From the NCBI GenBank assembly GCA_004377185.1, contig SOIM01000058.1:67828-131827 (forward strand): a stretch of 64,000 bases of DNA. Direction: 5' to 3'. Source of the DNA: Methanomassiliicoccales archaeon. GTDB taxonomy: Archaea > Thermoplasmatota > Thermoplasmata > RBG-16-68-12 > SOIM01. Below the pieces are notes generated by a model. It saw nothing but the letters and a program-made list of their open reading frames with translations, was not told where the DNA came from and did no database searches. How positions within the stretch are numbered: position 1 is the first letter of the stretch; the number at the start of each line of letters is the position of its first letter. Shown here piece after piece: positions 63,205 to 64,000 of this stretch. The translations under genes and the position numbers were made by a program.

Positions 63205-64000
63205 CCAGCCTCTTGTTGCATTTCCTTCAGCTGTCTTATCATCTCGGGAAGGACCTCTAACATGTTTCCTACTATTCCGTAGTCCGCAATCTCGAATATT
63301 GATGATGAAGGGTCCGAATTGATGGCAACTATCTTCTCAGATCTTTCCATCCCTGCCAAGTGCTGGACCGCGCCCGAGATCCCGATTGCAAAATAGAGCC
63401 TGGGCCTGACCGTCTTGCCGGTCTGACCAATCTGCCTCTCCCTTGGGAACCAACCAATATCAACGACCTTTCTGGATGCCCCAACCACTCCGTGAAGCAG
63501 CTCCGCCAGTTCCTCCAACAATGCGAAGTTCTCCTTCTTCTTCAAACCGTATCCGCCAGAAAGTATAATCTCAGCCCTTGACAGAATTTCGGCCTCGCTC
63601 TCGTATTCCACCACAGACAAGCATTTGGTGTCCACGTCTTTCTCCGTCAGTTGCACCATCTCTCTGACGATTTCGCCCTTTCGATTCACATCCTTCTCAG
63701 GAGCGGGGAATACATTGGGTCTGGCAGAAGCCATCTGAGGTTTGGTCTTCTTGCAGAGTATATGGGCCAAGCTCTTTCCCCCAAAGGCGGGTCTGATCAT
63801 TTCTATGTACCCGTCCTCGGTCACATCAAAGGCGGTACAATCAGCAGCCAGACCGGTGTGGATATATGCGTGCAGTCGGCCGGCAACCTCCCTTCCGTTC
63901 ATCGTGGCACCGAAGAGAAGCGCTTCAGGTTTCCTCCTGTCAACAAGTTCTGCAAGTGCTGTTGCGTAAGGTCGCGGAGCGTAGTCCCTCAGAAGTTCAT
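63189..64000 (-). CDS. etfA: Electron transfer flavoprotein alpha subunit (EtfA), N-terminus beyond the window 3' edge
   Basis: FAD-binding C-terminal domain motifs (RPRLYFAIGISGAVQHLAGM, IVAINSDP). The frame remains open to position 64000 (…KPEALLFGATMNGREVAGRL…). Confidence 0.8.
   Translation of the reverse strand, partial: ELLRDYAPRPYATALAELVDRRKPEALLFGATMNGREVAGRLHAYIHTGLAADCTAFDVTEDGYIEMIRPAFGGKSLAHILCKKTKPQMASARPNVFPAPEKDVNRKGEIVREMVQLTEKDVDTKCLSVVEYESEAEILSRAEIILSGGYGLKKKENFALLEELAELLHGVVGASRKVVDIGWFPRERQIGQTGKTVRPRLYFAIGISGAVQHLAGMERSEKIVAINSDPSSSIFEIADYGIVGNMLEVLPEMIRQLKEMQQEAGQSSS

Noticed and set aside
1-64000. rRNA, tRNA or other structured ncRNA genes in intergenic gaps
   Set aside because: All intergenic regions longer than 100 bp (12302-12497, 17574-17716, 27562-27974, 47604-47857, 54811-55166, 56388-56523, 57046-57211, 62323-62475) were read on both strands. 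They are AT-rich promoter-like sequence without cloverleaf-compatible GC stems or conserved tRNA boxes. None called.

Overview
This window reads as an archaeal chromosomal segment rather than a bacterial one. The evidence is strong GGAGG/GGTGG Shine-Dalgarno motifs with 4-8 nt spacing before most starts, frequent GTG/TTG starts, ATGA/TAGTG/GTGA start-stop overlaps, and many N-x-S/T sequons in secreted proteins. It is very gene-dense, about 50% GC, and I found no rRNA, tRNA, IS element or bona fide CRISPR. The lineage guess (sediment peptide/aromatic-fermenting archaeon such as Thermoprofundales or Bathyarchaeia) is inference only. The content falls into six groups. (1) A long minus-strand operon at 1-12301: AbrB-like small regulator, GNAT, two 2-hydroxyacyl-CoA dehydratase/benzoyl-CoA reductase-like catalytic subunits, two different BadF/BadG/BcrA/BcrD-type ATPases, a 2x[4Fe-4S] ferredoxin, a NuoG-like Fe-S/GltD-like NAD(P)H oxidoreductase fusion, an OYE/2,4-dienoyl-CoA (enoate) reductase-like flavo-FeS enzyme, and a C-terminally truncated indolepyruvate:ferredoxin oxidoreductase IorA. 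Gene order and subunit sizes mirror bcrCBAD-fdx, so this looks like an ATP-dependent aryl-/hydroxyacyl-CoA reductase/dehydratase system in an archaeon. (2) Acyl-CoA processing genes: MenB/BadI-like crotonase with a C-terminal zinc ribbon, SDR, thiolase plus DUF35, two paralogous acyl-CoA dehydrogenases, a partial EtfA, a two-subunit glutaconate-type CoA transferase, an ADP-forming acyl-CoA synthetase, an AOR/MoaD-like/ferredoxin/FAD-oxidoreductase module, and a Zn-ADH. (3) A sulfur/cofactor cluster: cysteine desulfurase, Thi4, Cys/Met PLP lyase and Ogt. (4) Three ABC export systems, including a 927-aa FtsX/MacB-like permease. (5) Many secreted or surface proteins. These include a 1682-aa multi-repeat protein, an FG-GAP protein and a 3-repeat protein, each with a C-terminal TM helix plus an acidic Glu/Pro tail. 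They also include a gingipain-like C25 peptidase and a beta-helix protein, which converge on each other and share about 280 aa of Fn3-like plus C-terminal domain. (6) A compact regulatory oddity: four copies of a partially palindromic 20-23-bp box, including a tandem 53-bp duplication, directly upstream of a small Cas2/VapD-like ORF with no other cas genes in the window. The truncated IorA was missing from the ORF track (partial at the window edge). A 47-aa AbrB-like gene was also missing (below the 60-aa cutoff).
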